DNA of 32,000 nt from Allobaculum fili. GTDB lineage: Bacteria > Bacillota_I > Bacilli_A > Erysipelotrichales > Erysipelotrichaceae. The translations under genes and the position numbers were made by a program. This document shows, one piece after another, positions 17,085-27,150 of this stretch (position 1 is its first letter; every line of letters begins with the position of its first letter). The notes below the pieces were generated by a model that was not told the origin of the DNA, searched no databases, and saw nothing but the letters and a program-made list of their open reading frames with translations. The DNA is taken from the NCBI RefSeq assembly GCF_020969955.1, contig NZ_JAHDSX010000027.1, positions 1,399 through 33,398 of the forward strand, written 5' to 3'.

Positions 17085-18146
17085 TTACTCAAACGAGGAG
17101 GCTATGTCCTCGGATTGTTCACGTTCTTTCAAAAAGTCTGCCAGAGGGGTGCACAGGTGATTCCACATATAATTGAACTCAGTGCGATATGCCTGGTACA
17201 TTTCCCAGTCTTTTTTTGCTCCATCGAAAGTAAATGATTCCTGATTATCACTTGAACCATCACCATAGCGGTAGTTTTTTAAAGAAAGCGAACCCGTTCC
17301 GTCTTTTCGATGGACGAGGTAGGTTCGATGTAAAATCGGCAGCGAACATACGCGTACCTCTAGCAGTTCTGGGTAATTGGCGCTTCGTTCTCTCCAGATA
17401 TTGAAGTTGTTTTCTAAAGGGATGTACCACTTCATTTGTTTACGCATATGCTGAACGATCTCTTCCGAGGTGTATTCAGACTGAATGATGACTCGTACCG
17501 GTATGTGATGCTCCATTAGCTTCTGCAGAATGTCGATCTTTTCATTATTTAGATACCAGTAAGAACCGACATGAAAGGCCATATCTACACCGCTGACGTT
17601 TTGAGAGGAATCCAGAGAATACTTAAAAAAATCAGCAACATTTTGGCCAATGTTTAATCCTAGAGAAATTGTTCCAGGAGCTAGAAGGAGAAAGCTTACC
17701 AGACGATCAACAGAGGCTTCGAAATATTCTGTTGAAAGGATAACTGAATTTAGCTGTTCAAGAATTTGCAGAGAAGGAGGTAATAGCGAGGACAGCTGAC
17801 TGGACCAGACAAAACCGTGCAGCTGAACGGGTATAATAGTCTTCTTCAATTCCATAGCGGCTTCAATTTCCTGTCGGACCCAGTCTTCTTCATGAACGCA
17901 GCGATCGAGAGCGGCAGGGGAAAGAATCAGAATAAAATTTTCACAGTTCGCAATAGCATTCTTGATTCGATTGTTTATGTTTCCTGCTTTGGACTCTTCC
18001 AGATCGAGAAAACAGGAAATTCCCAGAGATTCGAGCTGATCGCGAATCATTTTGGCCGCAAAAAAACCGTCAGCGCGGCGATAGCTGATAAAACAGTCCA
18101 CAGGACTGGATCCGTCATGCAGCGGATCGGGCTGGAAATGGTTCAT
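17085..18146 (-). CDS. TIR-domain protein with uncharacterised ~200-aa C-terminal domain (candidate defence/NADase protein)
   Basis: Track ORF 17085..18158. GTG 18158 overlaps the SD GGAGG (18158-62), so ATG 18146 is preferred. TIR motifs: DCFISYRRADG, SCFLD, NFILILSP, EDWVRQEIEAA (W89-x3-E93), IIPVQL. The C-terminal half has no TM helix and no domain I can name with confidence. Confidence 0.85.
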   Translation of the reverse strand: MNHFQPDPLHDGSSPVDCFISYRRADGFFAAKMIRDQLESLGISCFLDLEESKAGNINNRIKNAIANCENFILILSPAALDRCVHEEDWVRQEIEAAMELKKTIIPVQLHGFVWSSQLSSLLPPSLQILEQLNSVILSTEYFEASVDRLVSFLLLAPGTISLGLNIGQNVADFFKYSLDSSQNVSGVDMAFHVGSYWYLNNEKIDILQKLMEHHIPVRVIIQSEYTSEEIVQHMRKQMKWYIPLENNFNIWRERSANYPELLEVRVCSLPILHRTYLVHRKDGTGSLSLKNYRYGDGSSDNQESFTFDGAKKDWEMYQAYRTEFNYMWNHLCTPLADFLKEREQSEDIASSFE

Positions 18147-18370
18147 AAGGATCTGCACCTCCGTTTCTTTTTCTCGGGTCCAGAAAGAAGCTTCTAAATC
18201 AGGGAATGATGTCTTCTTCCTTGGGATTGATAACTGTTTTCAATGCTCGTTGTATTGGAATGTTTCTGTTCATTCAGAATAGGCAAAGAAGGACAGACGT
18301 GCAATATCTGTTGGATTTCTTCGCATTTTCGATTGCGTTTTCCACAGATCTGTATCATTTTTCACATACA

Positions 18371-18434
18371 AAAATCGGCCGGTTTTCTGCAGCCGTTTCC
18401 GAAGGGAAACAGACTGCAGAAGACCGGCCGTTTT
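18371..18434 (-). terminator. Terminator of hisS-aspS operon
   Basis: ~17-bp stem tcggccggttttctgcag / ctgcagaagaccggccg with inner hairpin gtttcc-gaag-ggaaac. The minus strand is followed by TTTTT. Confidence 0.8.
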
Positions 18435-18485
18435 GAGCTGATCGTTAATCCAGAGGATTTCTTGAAAAATTATCGTGAATCGGGA

Positions 18486-20342
<1,857 letters not shown>

Positions 20343-20525
20343 ATCAGATAACCTCCTTAAAGGGAAAAAACAAAAGGAATTTGAAAATTAAAGGAATTGG
20401 AAAAGGGAATATAGACGGCAAAACGGGAAGGGAGGCTGCGATTCAGACTTTCTATACGCATTTCGCAGGCGTTATGCCGTTTTTGGATAAGGAAATGGAT
20501 TCAGGTCAGGACGGGTAGTGTCAGC

Positions 20526-21878
20526 TTAGTCCTGATGATCGTGCGCTTCGTGCTCGTCATGGTCATGATCGTGCTCATGATGATGATCGTGACCGTGCTC
20601 ATCGCCTTCTTCGAACTGACTGTCCATGAAGTCGATCAGCTCATCCGCATTCAGACTGGTCTGTTCGCGGGTCTGCGCGTTCTTAATCGTAACAGTGCGG
20701 TTTTTCGCTTCGTCTTCGCCGATCAGCAGCGTGAATTTGGCATGGGCGCGGTCTGCAGCCTTAAACTGCCCTTTGAACGATTTGCCCATGAAGTCCATGT
20801 CAGAACGGAATCCGTTGGCGCGCAGTTCGGTCAGAAGTTCAAACGCATAGCTGCGGGCTTCCGGATTGAGAACCATGACGTACGCATCCAGAGGCGGCTT
20901 TTCGCCAAGTTTAATGCCTTCCGCTTCCAGCGCGAGCAGAATGCGCTCTTCGCCAAGCGCCCAGCCGATGCCGGACATTTCCGGTCCGCCAAAATAGGGG
21001 ATCAGGTTGTCGTAGCGGCCGCCGGCAAGAAGCGTAGCCTGGGCACCCATGGAAGGCGATTCGCTGACAATTTCAAAAACAGTATGCGTGTAGTAGTCGA
21101 GACCGCGAACCAGAGAAGGATCGACACGATACGGAATGTTCATTACATCGAGCAGATCAGTAACCGTCCTGAAGTATTCGCGGCTTTCCTCGTTGAGGTA
21201 GTCAGCCATGGACGGCGCGTTTTTCATGCAGTCCTTGTCGTGATCGACTTTGCAGTCGAGAAGACGGAGCGGATTCTGTTCATAGCGGCGCTTGCAGTCG
21301 GAACAGAGATCATCGACATATGGTGCGAAGTATTCTTTTAAAGCGCTTCGATACGCCGAGCGGGATTCGTCATCGCCAAGGGTATTCAGCAGAATGGTAA
21401 TATGGTCAAGGCCAAGGGAACGCAGAATGGAGTAGGCGAGAACCATCGCTTCTACGTCCGAATACGGGCTCTTCAGACCAAGAGATTCGATACCGAACTG
21501 GTTGAAAATACGCAGACGGCCTTTTTGCGGACGTTCATGACGGTGCATCGGGCCGATATAATACAGCTTTACCGGAAGATCCGGCAGAGCGTACATTTTG
21601 TTTTCTACAAAGGAACGGACGACTCCTGCGGTTCCTTCCGGACGCAGAGTCAGGGACGTCGAAGAATTGGGAAGAGTAAAGGTGTACATCTCTTTGTTGA
21701 CCATGTCGCTCGAATCGTTTTCGCGCTTGAAGACATTGGTGTGTTCAAAGATCGGGGTACGAATTTCATCAAAGTTGTAAAGAAGACAGAACTGACGGAA
21801 TAAAGTTTCGAGCTGCTGCCAGGAGTAGCTTGCTTCTCCGTAAATATCCTGCGTTCCTCTCGGAATTTGGTAACTCAT
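20526..21878 (-). CDS. hisS: Histidine--tRNA ligase with His/Asp-rich C-terminal tail
   Basis: 450 aa. Contains PRGTQD, LRPEGTA, FRHERPQKGR.R.F.Q and GGRYD motifs. The tail reads EEGDEHGHDHHHEHDHDHDEHEAHDHQD. Confidence 0.95.
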   Translation of the reverse strand: MSYQIPRGTQDIYGEASYSWQQLETLFRQFCLLYNFDEIRTPIFEHTNVFKRENDSSDMVNKEMYTFTLPNSSTSLTLRPEGTAGVVRSFVENKMYALPDLPVKLYYIGPMHRHERPQKGRLRIFNQFGIESLGLKSPYSDVEAMVLAYSILRSLGLDHITILLNTLGDDESRSAYRSALKEYFAPYVDDLCSDCKRRYEQNPLRLLDCKVDHDKDCMKNAPSMADYLNEESREYFRTVTDLLDVMNIPYRVDPSLVRGLDYYTHTVFEIVSESPSMGAQATLLAGGRYDNLIPYFGGPEMSGIGWALGEERILLALEAEGIKLGEKPPLDAYVMVLNPEARSYAFELLTELRANGFRSDMDFMGKSFKGQFKAADRAHAKFTLLIGEDEAKNRTVTIKNAQTREQTSLNADELIDFMDSQFEEGDEHGHDHHHEHDHDHDEHEAHDHQD

Positions 21879-22290
21879 GTTTTCCTCCAGTTGACGGGCA
21901 GTTCAGCAGGGGCTGAACCGTACACTAAATCTTACTATATTTATTACGGTCATATAGCCTGAATTGAACAGACTCTGAAAAGGTTTTGCATTTTGTTCAT
22001 CAAAACGGAAGGCCGTTTCCTTTCCGTCCGAAGATACTTCAAAAAAGCGGCAAGGGAAACGGGGCGAGCCCGGCCTTCCAAAAACTCCTGTTCAGAAAGG
22101 GCCTGTCCGCCTGCGGAATACCGAATTGAGGGAATGAAAAGCGAATTTCTTACCGTTCTTGCGTATTCTAAATACAGTTCTGTATTTTGGCGGTTCCAGC
22201 TGACAAACAGTCTGCTTTTAAAAACTGACGGAAGGCGGAACGAGCGCACCGTCCTGGACATCGTCAGTCTGTACACCGACAGATTGACAA
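21879..22290 (-). promoter_or_regulatory. Long structured 5' leader of hisS-aspS; candidate attenuator (T-box-like, canonical T-box motif not confirmed)
   Basis: On the minus strand there is a GC-rich element ending in T6 (22041-22046). A hairpin ACGGAAAGG..CCTTCCGT (22005-22027) is followed by UUUG. The 8-nt element GGAAGGCC (complement of 22072-79) can pair instead with GGCCUUCC of that hairpin. A GUUCAGC/GCUGAAC hairpin sits just before the RBS. hisS-aspS is T-box regulated in B. subtilis. Confidence 0.3.
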
Positions 22291-22482
22291 TTCAGAAAAC
22301 GGCATAACCGTCTGCGCGCCTGTATACGAAAGAGTCAGCAGGCAGGAATCAGCAGACAATAGATAAGAATAGAAACATTATGAGCGGCCGGGTTCCGGCT
22401 TTTCATCGAAAAGCAAAAGATAAAAATCCAGAGCACAAGGATGCTGAGCGCCAGAATAACCGGCCTGAAAAGAGGGGATAGG

Positions 22483-24216
22483 ATGAATGGTTCAGCGATT
22501 TTTAAACTGACAAGAAGTGCGCGAAAAGATTTTATTCTCGCCGTGATCTATGTTGCCATCGAGACTTTACTTGAAGTCATCACCCCGGTTTTGATGGCCG
22601 ATATTATCGATATTGGCGTGATGCACCGGGATACGTCCATCTTTGTCAGCCGCGGTTTGGGGATGCTCGCTTGTGCAGCGGGTTCACTTCTTTTTGGTCT
22701 GCTCTATGCCAAAGCGGCAGCCCGGGCTGCGGCTACGGTCGCCAGCCAGATTCGACAGGCGCAGTTTGATCAGATCGAAAAGTTTTCGTTTGAAAACATC
22801 GACCGCTTTGAATCGTCGGGACTGATTACCCGACTGACGAGCGATGTCATGGTTTTGCAAAATACGATCACCAACGGCATTCGACCGATCGCGCGCGGCC
22901 CACTGATGCTCATTCTCGGCATCATCATGTGCTTTATCATCAGCTGGAAACTGTCCATCGTCTATCTGATCGTTTCGCCGATCATGGCTCTGCTGCTGAT
23001 CTGGATCGTTTCGAAAGTCGCTCCGCAGTACCGGTTCATTCAGAAGACGGTCGATGCGCTCAATGAGGCAGTGGAAGAAAACCTGATTGCCATTCGTCTG
23101 GTGAAATCCTTTGTTCGTGCGGATTACGAAACAGACCGTTTCGACCGGGTCAACGAAGATCTGGCGTCTTTAATGCAGAAGACAAACCATCTGGCCTTCT
23201 TGAACCTGCCGCTCTTTCAGGCTTCGATGTATATCACGATTCTGGTTTTGCTGGCCATCGGTTCGATGATGATTGTGCAAAGCATGCTGGCTGTCGGTCA
23301 GCTGACCGGCATCATGTCCTACGTTCTGCAGATCATGAATGCCTTTATCATGATGTCCAATATCTTCCTGCTGCTGACCCGTTCCGCGGCTTCGATTCAT
23401 CGCATTGAAGAAGTGCTCGACGAAAAGATTACAATGCACTCGCCCGAACAGGGAAAGCTGCTTCAGGACGGTTCGATCGATTTTGAAAACGTCAGCTTCA
23501 AGTATTCGAAAGAAGGCAGGGAAGACGTTCTGAGCGATGTGACGCTTCATATTCCTTCAGGAAGCCGGGTCGGCATTATCGGAGCTACCGGATCGGCCAA
23601 ATCGTCTCTGGCCATGCTCATTCCGCGACTGTATGACGTATCGAGCGGCACTCTGAAAGTCGGTCAGGAAAACGTTCATGATCTGGACTTGAAGGCGCTT
23701 CGCGAAGATGTTGCCATGGTTCTTCAGAAAAACACGCTCTTTTCCGGAACGGTTCGCGACAACCTGAAATGGGGCAATCCAAACGCCAGCGACGACGAAA
23801 TTCTGAAAGCGATCGATCAGGCTGGAGCCAGCGAACTGATCGCCCGACTGCCCGGCGGTCTTGATATGGAACTCGGCCAGGCCGGCGTCAACGTGTCCGG
23901 CGGTCAGAAGCAGCGTCTGTGCATTGCCCGCGCGCTGCTGAAAAAGCCGAAAATTCTCATTTTTGATGACTCGACTTCGGCAGTGGATACGAAGACGGAT
24001 GCGCTCATTCGTAAAAATCTTGCCGAGATTCACGGGCTTACGCAGATCATCATTGCACAGCGCGTCTCTTCAATTTCACACTGCGATCAGATCGTGGTCA
24101 TGGATCAGGGTCGTATTGTACAGACCGGCACCCATGACGAACTTTTGAAAACCAGCCCGATTTACCGGGAAATTTATGAAAGCCAGCAGGGAGGAGGTCA
24201 GCCGGATGAACAGTAA
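22483..24216 (+). CDS. ABC exporter, fused permease/ATPase, subunit with degenerate Walker B (heterodimer partner 1)
   Basis: ATG 22483 follows GAGGGG. The TMD has 6 helices. Walker A GATGSAKSS, signature VSGGQKQR, Walker B ILIFDDSTSAVD (Asp in place of the catalytic Glu). Confidence 0.9.
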   Translation: MNGSAIFKLTRSARKDFILAVIYVAIETLLEVITPVLMADIIDIGVMHRDTSIFVSRGLGMLACAAGSLLFGLLYAKAAARAAATVASQIRQAQFDQIEKFSFENIDRFESSGLITRLTSDVMVLQNTITNGIRPIARGPLMLILGIIMCFIISWKLSIVYLIVSPIMALLLIWIVSKVAPQYRFIQKTVDALNEAVEENLIAIRLVKSFVRADYETDRFDRVNEDLASLMQKTNHLAFLNLPLFQASMYITILVLLAIGSMMIVQSMLAVGQLTGIMSYVLQIMNAFIMMSNIFLLLTRSAASIHRIEEVLDEKITMHSPEQGKLLQDGSIDFENVSFKYSKEGREDVLSDVTLHIPSGSRVGIIGATGSAKSSLAMLIPRLYDVSSGTLKVGQENVHDLDLKALREDVAMVLQKNTLFSGTVRDNLKWGNPNASDDEILKAIDQAGASELIARLPGGLDMELGQAGVNVSGGQKQRLCIARALLKKPKILIFDDSTSAVDTKTDALIRKNLAEIHGLTQIIIAQRVSSISHCDQIVVMDQGRIVQTGTHDELLKTSPIYREIYESQQGGGQPDEQ

Positions 24217-26062
24217 ATCAAATGCATCCAGACCCAGAAACCGTCGTTCGGTCTTTCGGCGTCTGCTCAACTACATGGGCAATCACCGGCTGACGTTTTT
24301 TGCGGTCGGCCTTCTGGTTACCGTTTCCGGTCTGGCCAATCTGGCTGGAACGTATATGATTCGCCCGATCGTCAATACAGCCGGCGAGGGCAATACGAAC
24401 GGCGTGATCCGGCTTCTGGTGATCATGGGCGTCATTTATCTGACCGGCGTACTCAGTGCGTGGGGCTATACGCAGCTGATGGCCAAAGGCGCCCAGCAGG
24501 TCGTCAAGGAAATCCGGCACGATCTGTTTGTCCATATGGAATCTCTGCCGATCCGCGTATTCGATACGATAAAACAGGGCGATCTGATGGCGCGCTTCAC
24601 TTCGGATGTCGATACAGTCAGCGATGCACTCAACAACTCGTTTGCATCCATGATTCAGAACTTCATTCAGGCATTTGGTACGCTGCTTCTGCTTTTCGTG
24701 CTCAACTGGAAGCTTTCGCTGATCGTCGCTGTATTCTACCTGTTCATGTTCGCGTACGTTCTTCTCGCCAGCAAGACGAGCCGGAAATACTTCTCTTTCC
24801 AGCAGAAATACATCGGCGCGCTGAACGGTTTTGCGCAGGAAGCCATCCACGGTCTTCGCGTCATCAAAGTATTCAATCATGAAGACGCCAGTATGGAGCA
24901 GTTTAAGAAATACGATAAGAATCTCTATGCGGCTTCGAAAAAGGCGCTGTCCTATTCGCAGACGATGGTCCCCTTTATCGTTTCTGTTTCCTATATTAAT
25001 TACGCCATTGTAGCGATTACCGGCAGCTACATGGTTCTGCAGGGTCAGGCGGACGTCGGTTCGCTGGCCAGCTATCTTGTCTTTGTTCGGCAGGCAGCAG
25101 CACCGATTAACCAGTTCGTTTCCCAGGCAACGCTTCTGCTTTCGGCCCTTTCGGGTGCGGAGCGCATCTTTGATTTTATGGACATTGCGCCGGAAGCCGA
25201 TCAGGGACACGTGACCCTCGCTTACGGAATTCAGGACGAAAATGGCAAATGGATGGAAAGTTCCATTCCGCAGAAAAACTGGGTGTGGAAACATCCGCGC
25301 CCGAACGGTTCCGTGGAATGCGTACCTCTTCGCGGGGATGTGCAATTTCGTCATGTCGATTTTGGCTATGTTCCGGAAAAGCAGATTCTTAAGGATGTTT
25401 CGCTGTTTGCCAAGCCCGGTCAGACGATTGCTTTAGTCGGTGCGACTGGCGCCGGAAAAACGACGATTACCAACCTGCTCAACCGTTTTTATGACATTTC
25501 CAAAGGAAGCATCTTGCTGGATGGCATCGACATCAAACTGATCGCCAAAGACGATCTGCGCCGGTCGATGGCCATGGTTTTGCAGGATACGCATCTGTTT
25601 GCGGGAACGATTCTCGATAACATTCGCTACGGCCGTCTGAACGCCAGCGATGAGGAAGTCATCGAGGCAGCCAAACTGGCGAATGCCGATTCCTTCATCC
25701 GTCGTCTGCCGGAAGGCTACCATACGCGTATCAGCTCCGATGGAGCGAGCCTTTCCCAGGGTCAGCGGCAGCTGCTTTCCATTGCGCGAGCAGCCATTGC
25801 AGATCCGCCGGTGCTCGTTCTTGATGAAGCCACATCGAGCATCGATACCCGAACGGAAAAACAGATTGAAGAAGGCATGAAGCATCTGATGGATGGACGA
25901 ACGACGTTTGTGATTGCGCATCGTCTGTCGACCGTGCGCAACGCCGACTGCATTATCGTGCTCGATCAGGGAAAAATCGTTGAGCGCGGCAGCCATGAAG
26001 AATTGCTCGAACAGAACGGCTTTTACGCCAGACTGTATAACGGCATGTTCGAACTCAGCTGA
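24206..26062 (+). CDS. ABC exporter, fused permease/ATPase, consensus-site subunit (heterodimer partner 2)
   Basis: ATG 24206 follows GGAGGAGG and overlaps the upstream stop by 11 nt. Walker A GATGAGKTT, degenerate signature LSQGQRQ, Walker B LVLDEATSSID. Confidence 0.9.
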   Translation: MNSKSNASRPRNRRSVFRRLLNYMGNHRLTFFAVGLLVTVSGLANLAGTYMIRPIVNTAGEGNTNGVIRLLVIMGVIYLTGVLSAWGYTQLMAKGAQQVVKEIRHDLFVHMESLPIRVFDTIKQGDLMARFTSDVDTVSDALNNSFASMIQNFIQAFGTLLLLFVLNWKLSLIVAVFYLFMFAYVLLASKTSRKYFSFQQKYIGALNGFAQEAIHGLRVIKVFNHEDASMEQFKKYDKNLYAASKKALSYSQTMVPFIVSVSYINYAIVAITGSYMVLQGQADVGSLASYLVFVRQAAAPINQFVSQATLLLSALSGAERIFDFMDIAPEADQGHVTLAYGIQDENGKWMESSIPQKNWVWKHPRPNGSVECVPLRGDVQFRHVDFGYVPEKQILKDVSLFAKPGQTIALVGATGAGKTTITNLLNRFYDISKGSILLDGIDIKLIAKDDLRRSMAMVLQDTHLFAGTILDNIRYGRLNASDEEVIEAAKLANADSFIRRLPEGYHTRISSDGASLSQGQRQLLSIARAAIADPPVLVLDEATSSIDTRTEKQIEEGMKHLMDGRTTFVIAHRLSTVRNADCIIVLDQGKIVERGSHEELLEQNGFYARLYNGMFELS

Positions 26063-26098
26063 TTGTTTTTGCAATTAGTAATACAGATCTCGCATGCG

Positions 26099-26153
26099 AA
26101 AGCGGCGGTTCCATACGACTTTCCCTAGGAAAGCGTGAAACCGCCGCTTTTTT
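26099..26153 (+). terminator. Terminator of ABC operon
   Basis: 12-bp arms aaagcggcggtt / aaccgccgcttt with further internal pairing, followed by T6. Confidence 0.8.
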
Positions 26154-26273
26154 ACAGGATACAATGCACGGGGAAATGCTGCCGGAATGCCGGCGGCTGC
26201 GGAGAATTTCCGGAAGATTCGTTTCACACGTAGATCGGGCACGTCTTGCAAATATATACAGACGTTTAGTCCG

Positions 26274-26298
26274 GAAAAAAGCCGGTCCAGGACCGGCT
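26274..26298 (-). terminator. Terminator of plsY
   Basis: 8-bp stem agccggtc / gaccggct. The minus strand is followed by TTTTTT. Confidence 0.6.
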
Positions 26299-26318
26299 AA
26301 ATGAGAAATCGATGAGAG

Positions 26319-26942
26319 TTAAATCCAGGTTACTTTGCTTTCCTTGCCGGCGCGAACTTTAAGAATGTTCGATTTGTGCCGGTAGATGATCAGCGCGGTC
26401 AGCATCCAGCTCCCGGCGATCAGGAGCAGATCCTGCGAATTGGTCGACCAGTTCATGGAAAGAATCTGCAGGGAACTGGCGAGTGCCGCACAGATGGAAG
26501 CCACGGACACCCATTTGTATAAATACAGAATGATGAAGAACATCAGAAACGGAATGAGGAAATACAGTCCGTTATGGAAGACAAACAGGGAAATGCCAAA
26601 CAGGAAGCCGTACATGCTGGCGACTGCCTTGCCGCCTTTGAAATGAGCAAAGATCGGATAGCAGTGACCGATGCAGCAGGCCAGTCCGCTGACCAGCGCG
26701 CAGGCCGGAGAAACGAGGGCGCCGATGCCAATGGCAGCAACAACTTTTAAGGCATCCATGAAAATGACGAGAACGCCGACCTTTTTGCCGAGAACGCGTC
26801 CCGCATTGGTACCGCCAGGATTGCCGGATCCTTTTTTACGCAGATCGGTATGGAAGAAGACTTTTCCGATGACCAGCGCGAACGGAATGGACCCCAGCAG
26901 ATAGCCGATGATAAGACAAAGAATAAACCAGAAAATTTGCAC
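26319..26942 (-). CDS. plsY: Glycerol-3-phosphate acyltransferase PlsY
   Basis: 207 aa, multi-TM. Contains GYLLGSIPFALVIGK....D.R..GSGNPGGTNAGRVLG and D..K, the PlsY signature. Confidence 0.93.
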   Translation of the reverse strand: MQIFWFILCLIIGYLLGSIPFALVIGKVFFHTDLRKKGSGNPGGTNAGRVLGKKVGVLVIFMDALKVVAAIGIGALVSPACALVSGLACCIGHCYPIFAHFKGGKAVASMYGFLFGISLFVFHNGLYFLIPFLMFFIILYLYKWVSVASICAALASSLQILSMNWSTNSQDLLLIAGSWMLTALIIYRHKSNILKVRAGKESKVTWI

Positions 26943-27150
26943 AGATATTCACCTCTAAATATTCGTCTATCCCGATGCAGAGCATCGAATGCAGTTCCTG
27001 TTTCGAAAAGAAGCACAGGATCAAACGCGGGCAAAAGCCGACTGGAAAAGATGGCCTCCTGCTGCTTTAGACAGACAATTTACTGTACACCTATTGTATC
27101 AGTCCGAGCGATTTCTAGCCGTGCAGAAGGAAAAACAGATTTCCTGGTTT

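Noticed and set aside
18194-18358. 54-aa minus-strand small ORF (MIQICGKRNRKCEEIQQILHVC...) between the aspS terminator and the TIR gene; considered as a possible partner or antitoxin
   Set aside because: It has no SD, and its ATG lies 8 nt after the terminator T-run, leaving no room for a promoter. The best promoter candidate for the TIR gene lies inside it. It is worth a look only if it proves conserved in homologous loci.
22380-22421. 13-codon mini-ORF (MSGRVPAFHRKAKD) in the ABC operon leader, considered as a possible attenuation leader peptide
   Set aside because: It has no RBS and no clear coupling to the nearby small hairpin. The evidence is too weak.
24218-25354. 378-aa ORF antisense to the second ABC exporter gene. 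The same applies to 25433..26074, 20535..21341, 8322..9119, 2814..3425, 5033..5773, 15412..16227 and 29256..30104.
   Set aside because: All of them lie opposite confidently assigned genes, with no RBS and non-protein-like composition.
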